Assembly (NCBI GenBank): GCA_963662405.2
Contig: CAXXKT010000003.1
Coordinates: 128,001 to 192,000 of the forward strand
Direction of reading: 5' to 3'
Source of the DNA: Syntrophales bacterium
Lineage (GTDB): Bacteria; Desulfobacterota; Syntrophia; Syntrophales; UBA2210
DNA: 64,000 nt
Under the pieces are notes generated by a model. It was given only the letters and a program-made list of their open reading frames with translations, was not told the origin of the DNA and searched no databases. A program made the translations under genes and the position numbers. Shown in pieces: positions 38,373 through 51,001 of the stretch (positions are counted from its first letter, which is position 1; every line of letters begins with the position of its first letter).

Positions 38373-39740
38373 ATGGAAGTAATTGATATGGTGCGTAGGG
38401 CGAGAGTTGCCCAGGAACAATTTGAAAAGGAGTTCAATCAGGAACAGGTGGACCGCATTGTCAAAGCCATGGCAAAGACCGTATATGATAACGCGGAGGA
38501 ACTGGCGCGGCTGGCTGTGGAAGAGACACAGATGGGCGTGTATGAAGACAAGGTGGCAAAATGCAGGAGTAAATCCATGGGGGTCTGGCTCGATCTGGCG
38601 GATAAGAAATCGATGGGCGTCATCGGTATGGATGAACGCACCAGGCTTATCGAGATCGCCAAACCGGTGGGTGTTGTCGCCGGCATAACCCCCATGACCA
38701 ATCCGGTCGTTACCCCCATGTCGAAGACCATGTTTGCGCTCAAGACGAAAAACGCCATCATTATTGCCCCGCACCCGAAGGCCGAGAGATGTTCTTCCCT
38801 GACCATGGAGATGATCCAGAAGGCAATCACCCCGTTTCATGTGCCTGACGGGTTGGTGCAGGTCATGAGAGGGACCTCCATTCAACGGACACAGGAACTC
38901 ATGGGGTTATGCGATGTCGTGGTCGCCACCGGTGGTATGCCCATGGTCAAGGCGGCTTACTCCTCAGGAAAGCCGTCGTTCGGTGTCGGAGCGGGAAACG
39001 CCCAGGTTATTCTGGATCGGGATATAGACTTCCGCGAGGCCGCGGAGAAGATTATCTTCGGCCGCGGCTTTGATAACGGGATCATCTGCTCGGGGGAACA
39101 GAGCTTCGTCTATCATGAGGACGACCGGGATGCGGTCATGCGTGCGTTTGAAAAAAACCGGGCCTACATCGTCAAAGACGAGGAGCGCGGCAGGATCCTG
39201 AACGCGATCTTTGAAAACGGGCATATGTCCCGCGATGTGGTCGGTCAATCCGCCACGTTCATCGCCAGCAAGGCGGGGATCACGATACCCGACGATACCC
39301 TGGTATTGATAGTGGAGGCCAAGGGAATCGGTGCGGACGATCCGATCAGCAAGGAGAAGATGTGTCCCGTTCTCGGCGCCTTCCAGTACAGGACCATTGA
39401 AGAAGCCATCCGGATCGCCAAGGCCAATCTGGCCTACGAAGGGAATGGTCACACCGCCGGCATCCATTCCAACGACCAGGAGAATATCCTGAAGGCCGGG
39501 AGCGGGCTTTCGGTATCGCGTTTTATCGTGAACGCGCCCTGTGCCACCACCGCGGGCGGATCCATTCAGGCGGGCCTGCCCTTTACCAATACGCTGGGAT
39601 GTGGCACGTGGGGAAACAACTCCATCTCCGAGAACTTTACCTACAAGCATTTACTCAACGTCACACGGATCGCTTCCGTGTCTCCCGCGATATCGGTCCC
39701 TTCCGCCGATGAGGTGTGGCGGGGGGCGGGTGCCCGATAG
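38373..39740 (+). CDS. CoA-acylating aldehyde dehydrogenase, succinate-semialdehyde dehydrogenase (clostridial SucD)-like
   Basis: PMTNP, VATGG, GVGAGN, FDNGIICSGEQS, EKMCP, LGCGTWGNN. Confidence 0.8.
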   Translation: MEVIDMVRRARVAQEQFEKEFNQEQVDRIVKAMAKTVYDNAEELARLAVEETQMGVYEDKVAKCRSKSMGVWLDLADKKSMGVIGMDERTRLIEIAKPVGVVAGITPMTNPVVTPMSKTMFALKTKNAIIIAPHPKAERCSSLTMEMIQKAITPFHVPDGLVQVMRGTSIQRTQELMGLCDVVVATGGMPMVKAAYSSGKPSFGVGAGNAQVILDRDIDFREAAEKIIFGRGFDNGIICSGEQSFVYHEDDRDAVMRAFEKNRAYIVKDEERGRILNAIFENGHMSRDVVGQSATFIASKAGITIPDDTLVLIVEAKGIGADDPISKEKMCPVLGAFQYRTIEEAIRIAKANLAYEGNGHTAGIHSNDQENILKAGSGLSVSRFIVNAPCATTAGGSIQAGLPFTNTLGCGTWGNNSISENFTYKHLLNVTRIASVSPAISVPSADEVWRGAGAR

Positions 39741-39906
39741 ATGGATCTCCGGGCCGTTTCGAGGGTGACATCCGCAGGGGATTCGGCTATAGAGCCGATG
39801 AAACAGATGGAATGCCTGAGTCATCACCGATGCGGTCCGGACCGGGGGCTTATGACCCGCGGTAAGGCATTGCCGCCGAGAGATTCATAGTCAGGAGGAA
39901 AAAGCC

Positions 39907-40167
39907 ATGAAGAGGATAACCGGTTGCTCAAAGGCGGCGATTTGCCCCCTCTGCGGGAGGAAATTCCCCTGTGGTGTTTCCGGACGGAAGGATGTATGCT
40001 GGTGTTATTACTTTCCTGTTGTCGATGATCGTTCCTTAAAGGAACAAGGGCTTGCAACATGTGTGTGTCCTGTATGTTTGCGGCACATTGCACTTCAGCA
40101 GTACTACTCTGAGGAGCACCTTCCTCATATTGAGTTTACTGAGACCGAGTGGGTGATAGAGCTGTAA
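39907..40167 (+). CDS. Cysteine-rich CWC family protein
   Basis: [29 protein letters not shown]. Confidence 0.75.
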   Translation: MKRITGCSKAAICPLCGRKFPCGVSGRKDVCWCYYFPVVDDRSLKEQGLATCVCPVCLRHIALQQYYSEEHLPHIEFTETEWVIEL

Positions 40168-40369
40168 CGCTGTTCTTTGCAGGAACGCTGTTCAGGTAGC
40201 AACAGCGTGGTTGAGAATGCTTCGATATGGCTACCGTCCAGCCGCCGATGATGGCGTGCCGGTTATGGTCACCTTCTGGCGGTGGTGTCAGGCCAGATCC
40301 ATCTGCGGGCTTGCTTTTGCCCAAAAGGTGTGCGAAATATCCTTCGTTTTTGACAACAGCAGAAGGGAC

Positions 40370-42070
40370 ATGATCATGACGAACACAGATACCGGTTCTC
40401 CCACCGATTTCATTCGTGAAATCATTGACAAAGATCTCAAGGACGGCAAAACCACCGGGCGGGTGGCGACGCGTTTTCCCCCCGAGCCGAACGGTTATAT
40501 CCACATCGGCCACGCCAAGTCGATCTGCCTCAATTTCGGAATCGCCGCGCAGTACGGCGGGACCTGTAACCTCCGGTTTGACGACACCGACCCGAGCGGC
40601 GAATCGCTCGAGTACGTGGAATCGATTATCGACAATATCCACTGGCTGGGATTCGACTGGGGAGACCGCCGGTTCTTCGCCTCGGACTACTTCGATCAAC
40701 TGCACGCATTCGCCGTTCAACTGATCAAGGCGGGGAAGGCCTACGTCTGCGACCTGAACGCCGACGAGATACGCGAGTACCGCGGGACCTTCACCGAACC
40801 GGGGCAGGACAGCCCCCACCGGGGCCGGACCGTCGAGGAGAACCTGGATCTCTTTGAAAGGATGCGAGCCGGCGAGTTCCCCGACGGTTCCCACGTCCTG
40901 CGCGCGAAGATCGACATGGCCTCCCCCAACATCGTCATGCGCGATCCCGTGATATACCGGATCAAGCGGGAGCCCCACTACCGGACGGGGAACTCATGGG
41001 TGATCTACCCCATGTACGATTTCGCTCACTGCCTCTCCGACGCCATCGAGAGGATCACCCACTCGATCTGCACCCTCGAATTCGAGAATAACCGGCCCCT
41101 GTACGACTGGATCCTGGATCAACTCCTGGAGGGGGACCGCCCCCGGCAGATCGAATTCGCCCGTCTCAACCTGAGTTATACCGTTCTCAGCAAACGGGTC
41201 CTGATCGAACTGGTTACTAAGGGGTATGTCGCGGGCTGGGACGACCCCCGGATGCCCACCGTCGCGGGGATGCGGCGGCGCGGTTTCCCGCCGGGGGCGA
41301 TCAGGGAGTTCTGCGCCCAGATCGGCGTCGCGAAGAACGACAACCTGATCGACGTCGCCCTCCTCGAACACTGCGTCCGCGAGGAGCTGAACGAGACGGC
41401 GCCGCGGGTGATGGGTGTCCTCCGTCCCCTGAAGGTCATCATCGACAACTATCCCGAGGAACAGGTCGAGGAATTCGAATGCGCCAACCATCCGCAGAAA
41501 CCGGAGATGGGGACGCGGACGCTCCCCTTCTCGCGGGAGCTCTACATCGAGCGGGACGATTTTCAGGAGGATCCCCCCGGCAAGTACAAGCGGCTCGCCC
41601 CGGGGCGGGAGGTCCGTCTGCGGAACGCCTATGTCATCAAATATGAGAGCATGGTGAAGGACGAGGCAACCGGGGAGGTCGTTGAGCTGCACTGCACCTA
41701 CGACCCCGAGACGCGGAACGCCCCACCCCCCGACGGGCGCAAGATCAAGGGGGTCATCCACTGGCTCTCCGCCCGGCACTCTATCCCCGCCGAGGTGCGC
41801 CTCTACGACCGTCTCTTCCAGGTCCCCAACCCCGCCGCCGGGGAGGAGGATTTTACCCACTATCTGAACCCCGCATCGCTGGAGACCCTGACCGACTGCC
41901 GGGTGGAACCGGCCCTCAAAGAAGCGGCGCCGGGGAGCCGGTACCAGTTCGAGCGCATCGGTTACTTCTGTATCGACGTGAAGGATTCGACCCTCGAAAG
42001 GCCGGTCTTCAGCCGCGTCGTGGCGCTCCGGGACGCGTGGGGGAAGATCGCGGAAAAGGGTGGAAAATAA
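40370..42070 (+). CDS. glnS: Glutamine--tRNA ligase
   Basis: [41 protein letters not shown]. Confidence 0.97.
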   Translation: MIMTNTDTGSPTDFIREIIDKDLKDGKTTGRVATRFPPEPNGYIHIGHAKSICLNFGIAAQYGGTCNLRFDDTDPSGESLEYVESIIDNIHWLGFDWGDRRFFASDYFDQLHAFAVQLIKAGKAYVCDLNADEIREYRGTFTEPGQDSPHRGRTVEENLDLFERMRAGEFPDGSHVLRAKIDMASPNIVMRDPVIYRIKREPHYRTGNSWVIYPMYDFAHCLSDAIERITHSICTLEFENNRPLYDWILDQLLEGDRPRQIEFARLNLSYTVLSKRVLIELVTKGYVAGWDDPRMPTVAGMRRRGFPPGAIREFCAQIGVAKNDNLIDVALLEHCVREELNETAPRVMGVLRPLKVIIDNYPEEQVEEFECANHPQKPEMGTRTLPFSRELYIERDDFQEDPPGKYKRLAPGREVRLRNAYVIKYESMVKDEATGEVVELHCTYDPETRNAPPPDGRKIKGVIHWLSARHSIPAEVRLYDRLFQVPNPAAGEEDFTHYLNPASLETLTDCRVEPALKEAAPGSRYQFERIGYFCIDVKDSTLERPVFSRVVALRDAWGKIAEKGGK

Positions 42071-42185
42071 CAGCCTCGCGGTATGCTGCGGGGGAATGTC
42101 ATGATGTGTTATTTCGCCACGACTGGCGAAGTAGCGACAGCGAAACAAACAAAACTGATTCTGGTAATAAAATCAAAACGTACAG

Positions 42186-42218
42186 AAAAAGGGTTGCAAC
42201 TTCCAGTTGCAACCCTTT
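42186..42218 (-). terminator. Intrinsic terminator downstream of tRNA-Gln, possibly bidirectional
   Basis: AAAGGGTTGCAAC..GTTGCAACCCTTT with A-tract. Confidence 0.7.
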
Positions 42219-42227
42219 GATATGTCA

Positions 42228-42301
42228 TGGCTGGGGGACAAGGATTCGAACCTTGATTGACGGAGTCAGAGTCCGCTGTCCTACCATTGAACGATCCCCC
42301 A
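42228..42301 (-). tRNA. tRNA-Gln(CTG)
   Basis: TGGGGGA acceptor, GCGGA-CT-CTG-AC-TCCGT anticodon arm, GGTTCGAATCC, encoded CCA; TTGACA-17-TATATA upstream. Confidence 0.97.
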
Positions 42302-42605
42302 GTAAAACGGATCGAATGATCTTCACGCCGCAGCATGATTGACGAACCTATATAGTTGCCCCGGCCTTTTTTGTCAATACCTTTTCTTTCTCTTTTCTTT
42401 TCTGGGTCAGACAAAAGCAACCGAACGTCACCGATAGGGTGATTGAGGCCTTCTCACGCTCCTGATCAGAGAATCCTTGACATATATGTTCAATATTCTT
42501 ATAACTGTCAGCTAGAAGTAGGACCTGCTCTATTCAATGCGAGGGATTGAACTGTAAACGTTCCAAAGTTTCCGCTGGCTGTTTCGGCCGAAGGGGGGTA
42601 CGCCG

Positions 42606-45600
42606 ATGGATCGTTTAGCGAGCGTGCAGGACGGCTTCAGGTTGTTCCAAAGAAAATCGGAACTATCCCTGCCGATAATAATACTTACCATTGTCGTATC
42701 CCTTATGATTTTTTTCGGTAGTGCAGCCTGCGGGGGCGTGCATCCACCCATCTCACCCGTGGTGACAACGGACAAGGGTGACTATCAGCCCGGTCAGACC
42801 GCGATCATAACGGGTTCCGGCTTTCATCCGAGAGAACCAGTAAGACTTCAGGTCGTACATACCAATCCGGTCGAAAAGCCGGGCGCCGGTCATGAATTGT
42901 GGCATGTCGCTGCAGATACATCCGGTCGTTTTTCAAGTAGATGGTTTGTCAACCCTGACGATTCCCTGGGTGCCAGCTTCCTGTTGACGGTGGTTGGCGT
43001 CACCTCGGGTTTGTCCACGTCGACCACCTTTACCGATGCGGCGGGACCGCTGACCATCGCAGTCGGTTCCCAGCAGACCCTGTGGGTTGACGCCAACATG
43101 TGCAGCGGTGAGGGCCCACGCGGTGCCTGGCTCTCTTTCATCATTACCAATACCGGCACCGATCCCGCTACGGATGTTACCGTGACCTTTGCGGATTTTA
43201 CCGGAACGAACGCGTCATATTTTTCAGCCCCGGACGATCTGACACGGACCTTCAGCTCCATCGCGGCGGGAGCCGAAGAACCGGTCTATTTCTATGTCGA
43301 CTACTCGGAGGTCTGTACCCATTCCCAGGGGGGCGGGTCACCCTATGCCGGCTTTACGGCCGACTACACGGTCACCGCAACGGCAACGGGGCTCGTGCCT
43401 GTCGTGTACAACGGAACGGTGATTACCGATCAACTCCTCAACGCCAAGGCCGCCGGGCTGTCACTCAGCACGGTTCTGGGCTCGGGGTTTTATGTGGGCC
43501 AGTTATTGACCCAGACGGTTGCCTACCAGTTTGGAAACAACACCGATCTCTTCTTTCAACCGGCTGGTGAGGCGGGATTCGATGCTGGTTGTATCCGGCT
43601 GGTGGGGTCGGAGATCACCGGTGTCTCCGGGACCGTGTCGCCGACCCTCATCGGGTTGAAAGATCGGTTGTGGTTTCCCACGGTCAGTGTGCCGGGGGGC
43701 GGTGGGAACATCTACGTGACCTATACGTGGGAGATCCTCTGTGTCAACAGGGTCCAGACCCTGCACCCGTGGGCTGCGGCAAAGAGCGGAGCCAGGTACA
43801 AATATTCGGGATTTCAGTCATCGACGATCTTACCCGCCTCCGCTCAGGCCCTGACGGCGGATAAGTCGGTTTCCCCTTTATCGCTCGTCGACGATTCCGG
43901 GGGGGCGGTCACCTGGACCGTGACCTACTCGAACCCGGCGCCGGTGCCGTTACGTCTCTCGAAGATCACCGATGTGCTTCCCCCGTGCATGTCGATCAAT
44001 GATCCGGACGCGCCCGGGAGCGATGTAACGGCGGCAAATTCATCCGGCATACCCGCTGTCGACGCAACCGGCACTGTCGACTGGATCGGCAATGATCTGG
44101 GAGACAGCCCGAGCAGCACGTACCTGGTGCCGGCAGGGGGGACAACTGTCCTGAAATACACGACCAACATTCTCGGGTGTGCCTCCCCCGCCTCCTATAC
44201 AAACTCCGCGACGGGAACGGTCGGCGAAACGACCGTCGGCCCGGCCGCCGCTACGCTTGAAATCGGAAGCCAGCCGGCAATCACGCTGAGCAAGGATGCA
44301 AGTCCTCGGCTATACGGTACTCTCGGTGAGACGATCACCTATACCTATACGATTGTCAACAGCGGGAACGTGACGCTGGATGGGCCGTTCACGGTAAACG
44401 ACAGCAGACTGGGAACGATTTCCCTGTGTGGAAGCGGACCGATTCTCCCCGGAGCATCGACCTCGTGCACGGCCCCGTATCTCATAACACAGGCGGACCT
44501 TGATGCCGGGTCCGTCGTGAACACGGCAACGGCGTCCACGTTGTACAACGGTCAGACCGTCACATCCAATCAGGCCTTGGTGACTGCGGGGATGCTGAGG
44601 AGCGTCAAGAGTGTGACCGACGAGAACGGCGGGAATCTGGAGCCGGGGGACAGTCTTTTGTACACGGTGGTGCTGCAGAACCGGAGCGGTTATGCGGTGG
44701 ACGATCTGGAGCTGACGGACGTGATCCCGGCGGACACGACCTACATTGCGTCGAGCGTGACCCATCCCGGTGGGAGCACGGTGGTGAGCGAGACGCCGGT
44801 CTTGCACATTGAGGGTATCGATGTTCCGGCGCACGGACAGGTGACGGTGACCTTCCGCGTTGTGGTGGACAATCCGCTCCCGGCTGGAGTGACGCAGATC
44901 ACGAACCAGGGGACGGTATTTTACGACAGTGACGGGGACGGTACGAACGACTCGACGCAGCAGACGGACGGCGACACGGCGCAGCCGGGGGAGCAGTCGA
45001 CGGACATCCCGGTGACGGCGGGAGCGAACTTCGATGAGACGACGAAGGGAGTGGTGCTGCAGACGGATGCGGACGCCAACGGAGCGGTGACGCCGGGGGA
45101 CACGCTGCGGTACACGGTGGTGATTCCGAACACGGGTGATCAGGACGCGACGGGCGTGACCTTCAGCGATCCGGTTCCGGCGAACACGACGTACATCGCA
45201 TTGAGCGTGACGGCAACGGCGGGGACGCCGACCTACAATGCCGGACTGGACCGTATCGAATGGGCGGGAGACATAACCGCCGGTACGAGCGTGACGATCA
45301 CCTTCGACGTGACGGTGGACAGCGGTATTGTGGTGGGGACGGTACTCTCGAACCAGGGGACGGTGACCTACGATTCGAGTACACAACTGACGGACGGGGA
45401 TGTGACGGAACCGGGGCGGCAGCCCACGGACGTGACGGTAGGGGGGATGCCCGAGGGCGTGGCGATCAAGGGCGTGACCGACGAGAACGGCGGGAATCTG
45501 GAGCCGGGGGACAGTCTTTTGTACACGGTGGTGCTGCAGAACCGGAGCGGTTATGCGGTGGACGATCTGGAGCTGACGGACGTGATCCCGGCGGACACGA

Positions 45601-48600
45601 CCTACATTGCATCGAGCGTGACCCATCCCGGTGGGAGCACGGTGGTGAGCGAGACGCCGGTCTTGCACATTGAGGGTATCGATGTTCCGGCGCACGGACA
45701 GGTGACGGTGACCTTCCGCGTTGTGGTGGACAATCCGCTCCCGGCTGGAGTGACGCAGATCACGAACCAGGGGACGGTATTTTACGACAGTGACGGGGAC
45801 GGTACGAACGACTCGACGCAGCAGACGGACGGTGACACCGCGCAGCCGGGGGAGCAGTCGACGGACATCCCGGTGACGGCGGGAGCGAACTTCGATGAGA
45901 CGACGAAGGGAGTGGTGCTGCAGACGGATGCGGACGCCAACGGAGCGGTGACGCCGGGGGACACGCTGCGGTACACGGTGGTGATTCCGAACACGGGTGA
46001 TCAGGACGCGACGGGCGTGACCTTCAGCGATCCGATCCCGGCTAACACGACATACATTGCATTGAGCGTGACGGCGACGGCGGGGACGGCGACCTATAAC
46101 GCCGGTCTGGACCGGATCGACTGGACGGGGGACATAACGGCCGGTACGAGCGTGACGATCACCTTCGACGTGACGGTGGACAGCGGTATTGTGGTGGGGA
46201 CGGTACTCTCGAACCAGGGGACGGTGACCTACGATTCGAGTACACAACTGACGGACGGGGATGTGACGGAACCGGGGCGGCAGCCCACGGACGTGACGGT
46301 AGGGGGGATGCCCGAGGGCGTGGCGATCAAGGGCGTGACCGACGAGAACGGCGGGAATCTGGAGCCGGGGGACAGTCTTTTGTACACGGTGGTGCTGCAG
46401 AACCGGAGCGGTTTTGCCGTGGACGATCTGGGGCTGACGGACGCGATCCCGGCGGACACGACCTACATTGCGTCGAGCGTGACCCATCCCGGTGGGAGCA
46501 CGGTGGTGAGCGAGACGCCGGTCTTGCACATTGAGGGTATCGATGTTCCGGCGCACGGACAGGTGACGGTGACCTTCCGCGTTGTGGTGGACAATCCGCT
46601 CCCGGCTGGAGTGACGCAGATCACGAACCAGGGGACGGTATTTTACGACAGTGACGGGGACGGTACGAACGACTCGACGCAGCAGACGGACGGCGACACG
46701 GCGCAGCCGGGGGAGCAGTCGACGGATATCCCGGTGACGGCGGGAGCGAACTTCGATGAGACGACGAAGGGAGTGGTGCTGCAGACGGATGCGGACGCCA
46801 ACGGAGCGGTGACGCCGGGGGACACGCTGCGGTACACGGTGGTGATTCCGAACACGGGTGATCAGGACGCGACGGGCGTGACCTTCAGCGATCCGGTTCC
46901 GGCGAACACGACGTACATCGCATTGAGCGTGACGGCAACGGCGGGGACGCCGACCTACAATGCCGGACTGGACCGTATCGAATGGGCGGGAGACATAACC
47001 ACCGGTACGAGCGTGACGATCACCTTCGACGTGACGGTGGACAGCGGTATTGTGGTGGGGACGGTACTCTCGAACCAGGGGACGGTGACCTACGATTCGA
47101 GTACACAACTGACGGACGGGGATGTGACGGAACCGGGGCGGCAGCCCACGGACGTGACGGTAGGGGGGATGCCCGAGGGCGTGGCGATCAAGGGCGTGAC
47201 CGACGAGAACGGCGGGAATCTGGAGCCGGGGGATACGCTGTTGTACACGGTAGTGCTGCAGAACCGGAGCGGTTTTGCCGTGGACGATCTGGGGCTGACG
47301 GACGCGATCCCGGCGGACACGACCTACATTGCGTCGAGCGTGACCCATCCCGGTGGGAGCACGGTGGTGAGCGAGACGCCGGTCTTGCACATTGAGGGTA
47401 TCGATGTCCCGGCCCACGGGCAGGTGACGGTGACCTTCCGCGTTGTGGTGGACAATCCGCTCCCGGCGGGGGTGACGCAGATCACGAACCAGGGGACGGT
47501 CTTTTACGACAGCGACGGGGACGGGACGAACGACTCGACGCAGCAGACGGACGGTGACACATCCCAGCCGGGCGAACAGTCGACGGACATCCCGGTGACG
47601 GCGGGAGCGAACTTCGATGAGACGACGAAGGGCGTGGCGCTCCAGACGGACGCGGATGCCGACGGAGCGGTAACGCCGGGCGACACGCTGCGGTATACGG
47701 TGGTGCTGCACAACACGGGGAACGCCGACAGCGGTGTGGCAACGGTTTTTGCGGATCCGGTTCCATTCAATACGACCTATGTAACCGGGAGTGTAACGGC
47801 GACGGCGGGGACGCCCACCTACAATGCGGGATTGAACCAAATTGAGTGGACGGGTGATGTGTACGCGGGTGGTGCAGTAACGATCACCTTCGACGTGACG
47901 GTGGACAGCGGTATTGTGGTGGAACGGTGCTCTCGAACCAAGGGGCGATATACTACGACAGCAACAATGACGGGACGAACGACAGCACCCAGGAGACGGA
48001 CGGCGATGTGACCGAGCCGGGGAGGCAGCCCACGGACGTGACGGTAGGAGGGATGCCCGAGGGCGTGGCGATCAAGAGTGTGACCGACGAGAACGGCGGG
48101 AACCTGGAGCCGGGGGATACTCTGTTGTACACGGTGGTGCTGCAGAACCGGAGCGGTTATGCGGTGGCGGGTATCGAGCTGACGGACGTGATCCCGGCGG
48201 ACACGACCTACATTGCGTCGAGCGTTACCCATCCCGGTGGGAGCACGGTGGTGAGCGAGACGCCGGTGCTGCACATTGAGGGTATCGATGTCCCGGCCCA
48301 CGGGCAGGTGACGGTGACCTTCCGCGTCGTCGTGGACGATCCGCTTCCGGCGGGGGTGACACAGATCACGAACCAGGGGACGGTCTTTTACGACAGCGAC
48401 GGGGACGGGACGAACGACTCGACGCAGCAGACGGACGGCGACACCGCGCAGCCGGGGGAGCAGTCGACGGACATCCCGGTGACGGCGGGAGCGAACTTCG
48501 ATGAGACGACGAAGGGCGTGGCGCTCCAGACGGATGCGGACACGAACGGAGCGGTGACGCCGGGCGACACGCTGCGTTACACGGTGGTGATTCCGAACAC

Positions 48601-49459
48601 GGGTGATCAGGACGCGACGGGTGTGACCTTCAGCGATCCGATCCCCTTTAACACGACGTACGTCGCATTGAGCGTGACGGCAACGGCGGGGACGGCGACC
48701 TATAACGCCGGTCTGGACCGGATCGACTGGACGGGGGACATAACGGCCGGTACGAGCGTGGCGATCACCTTTGACGTGACGGTGGACAGCGGTATCACGG
48801 TAGGGACGGTGCTCTCGAACCAGGGGACGGTGACCTATGCTTCCGGGACACAGTTGACGGACGGAGATGTGACGAAGCCGGGGCGGCAGCCCACGGACGT
48901 GACGGTAGGGGGGATGCCCGAGGGCGTGGCGATCAAGAGTGTGACCGACGAGAACGGGGGGAACCTGGAGCCGGGCGACAGCCTCTTGTACACGGTGGTT
49001 TTGCAGAACCGGGGCGGTTTTGCGGTGGAGGGTATCGAGCTGACGGACGTGATCCCTGCGGACACGACCTACATTGCGTCGAGCGTGACCCATCCCGGTG
49101 GGAGCACGGTGGTGAGCGAGACGCCGGTGCTGAACATCACGGGCATCGATGTCCCTGCCCACGGGCAGGTGACGGTGACCTTCCGTGTTGTGGTGGACAA
49201 TCCGCTTCCGGCGGGGGTGACGCAGATCACGAACCAGGGGACGGTCTTTTACGACAGCGACGGGGACGGGACGAACGATAGTACGCAGCAGACGGACGGT
49301 GACACCGCGCAGCCGGGGGAGCAGTCGACGGACATCCCGGTGACGGTGTCGATGACTCTGATCCCGACATTGAGCGCATGGGGAGTGCTGCTCCTGGGAA
49401 TATTCTTGGTTCTGGCCGGGGTTGCGGCATTGGTTGTCAGGCGAGTTGATCAGGTATAA
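42606..49459 (+). CDS. Giant DUF11/isopeptide-type Ig-repeat surface protein with IPTL-CTERM, interrupted by a 1-bp frameshift near 47921
   Basis: ORFs 42606-48011 and 47927-49459 continue the same repeat; K..PGD.L.YTV..N..D.IP..NQG domains; DSDGDG Ca-binding-like loops; [12 protein letters not shown] tail. Confidence 0.85.
44613..49345 (+). repeat. Intragenic tandem repeat, 861-bp unit, about 5.5 copies
   Basis: Unit starts at 44613, 45474, 46335, 47196, 48080, 48941 (spacings 861, 861, 861, 884, 861). Confidence 0.92.
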
Positions 49460-49502
49460 ATTTCAGTGTTTCACCACCGGCAGGTAAGACCGAGGGATAC
49501 TC

Positions 49503-50321
49503 TTATCCAGACGGTTTGAGAGTTGCCGGGAGGGCGCGGACGCCCGCACCGTAGAACGCGCTCGCGAGGCGATTGAAAGTCTCGAGGGGACCGGTCGAGT
49601 AAAAGATCTGTCTCCCCTCACGGGAGATTCTCCCTTCCACCTCCGGGTGTCTCCTCAGGTAATCCTCCAATTTGCCGGCGATGATCGGTCCCTGGCCGAG
49701 GAGACCGACATGACAGGGGGTGTGTTCCCTGAACAAATTGTACAGTAGCGGGTAGTGGGTGCATGACAGGAGGACCGTGTCGATCCCGTCGTCCTGGGCG
49801 AGAAGGTCGGTCAGGTATCCCGAGACGACCCGGTCACACCGGTCACCTCCCTGCTCACCGGCCTCTATGATCGGAACCAGGAGAGGGCAGGGCTGATAGA
49901 ATATCTCGATCGGTGGGTCGAGCTCTTCGAGTTCCTCCGTATAGATCCGCGAGTCGACCACCCCCTGGGTGGCGAGGATCCCCACCTTCCGGCATTTCCT
50001 GTCTATCAGTTCCTCGGCTGATGGCCTGATCACGCCGAGAACACGCCGGTCCGGATACCTCCCCGGGAGAAACTCTTGCTGGATCCGTCGCAGGGCCCGG
50101 GACGAGACGGTGTTGCAGGCGATGATGACCAGGAAACACCCCTTCTTGAAGAGAAACTCGATGGCCTGGAGGGTGAATTCGTACACCGTTTCCTGTGGCC
50201 GTTCCCCGTAGGGGACCCGCGCGTTGTCGCCGAGGTACAGGTAGTCATACGGGGGGAGTCTTTGGACAATGCTTTTCAAGACCGTTAGCCCGCCGAAACC
50301 CGAATCAAAGACACCAATCAT
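49503..50321 (-). CDS. murI: Glutamate racemase
   Basis: IGVFDSGFGGLTV, PYG, IACNT, CTHYP. Confidence 0.95.
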   Translation of the reverse strand: MIGVFDSGFGGLTVLKSIVQRLPPYDYLYLGDNARVPYGERPQETVYEFTLQAIEFLFKKGCFLVIIACNTVSSRALRRIQQEFLPGRYPDRRVLGVIRPSAEELIDRKCRKVGILATQGVVDSRIYTEELEELDPPIEIFYQPCPLLVPIIEAGEQGGDRCDRVVSGYLTDLLAQDDGIDTVLLSCTHYPLLYNLFREHTPCHVGLLGQGPIIAGKLEDYLRRHPEVEGRISREGRQIFYSTGPLETFNRLASAFYGAGVRALPATLKPSG

Positions 50322-50860
50322 CTCAAACTCCTTTGCGGGCGGATTCTAACAACATCTCTCCGGGAATGACAACAGAAAACCGGTGATCGACTGTTTTCTC
50401 CGGTCATCGAGAGATAGCGGCGACCGCGTGCCTCCCGGTTTTTCTCCGGCGCACGGGTCGGTTCTGGCGGCTTCTTGCAGCGGCTCTCCTCTTCTTGGAA
50501 CGTGTATCTTCGGAACGGCATACGAACACCGGAAAGCAGCAAGAAGACAGCACAAAAAACCAGTATCTTTTCTGCCGGCATCGTCGAATCATTGGCAACC
50601 GGTTTTCCCCGGATGAGTCGTTCCGCGGGTCCCTCTCAATCTTCATTCTTCCGCGAACGGTGTCGATCGCGTCCATTGTCCCACACCGTCTCGTCCGTCG
50701 CTGCAGAGACCGCAATCAGGGACCGGAACGCGCGTTACGGAACGTGAGAAGGGGGTATAAGCAGCTATTATTTTTCATGTATTGGCGCACTATTTCTTGA
50801 CATATGGGGGAAAAGAAGATAAGGGATCTATGAAATCTTTATAATTCGATGTGTTTAACC

Positions 50861-50944
50861 GGCTGTAACCAAAGGGGGGATTATGGCCTGACCATGCAAA
50901 GCCTTATTTTCTCGGGATAGGAGAGATAGGGCTTTTTTTGTTTT
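50861..50944 (+). promoter_or_regulatory. Conserved leader element copy C (hairpin, SD-ATG-GCC-TGA, terminator)
   Basis: Stem GGCTGTAA/TTATGGCC; terminator AAAGCCTTA..TAGGGCTTTTTTT; TTGACA at 50797; clearly similar to copy B. Confidence 0.6.
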
Positions 50945-51001
50945 GCCTGCCTGATTCATCGCCCGCCGTTACCGCTTAATTCGGAGAGAGAGGAACACGC
51001 T

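Noticed and set aside
42100..42301. Integrated element at the tRNA-Gln 3' end
   Set aside because: No integrase or duplicated tRNA end; glnS lies directly downstream
44310..47840. 1176-aa minus-strand ORF (also 47819-49162)
   Set aside because: Arg/His-rich antisense shadow of the repetitive surface-protein gene
50322..50790. Structured ncRNA (rnpB, ffs, ssrA, 6S) in the gap upstream of murI
   Set aside because: Some hairpins are present but none of the diagnostic conserved motifs
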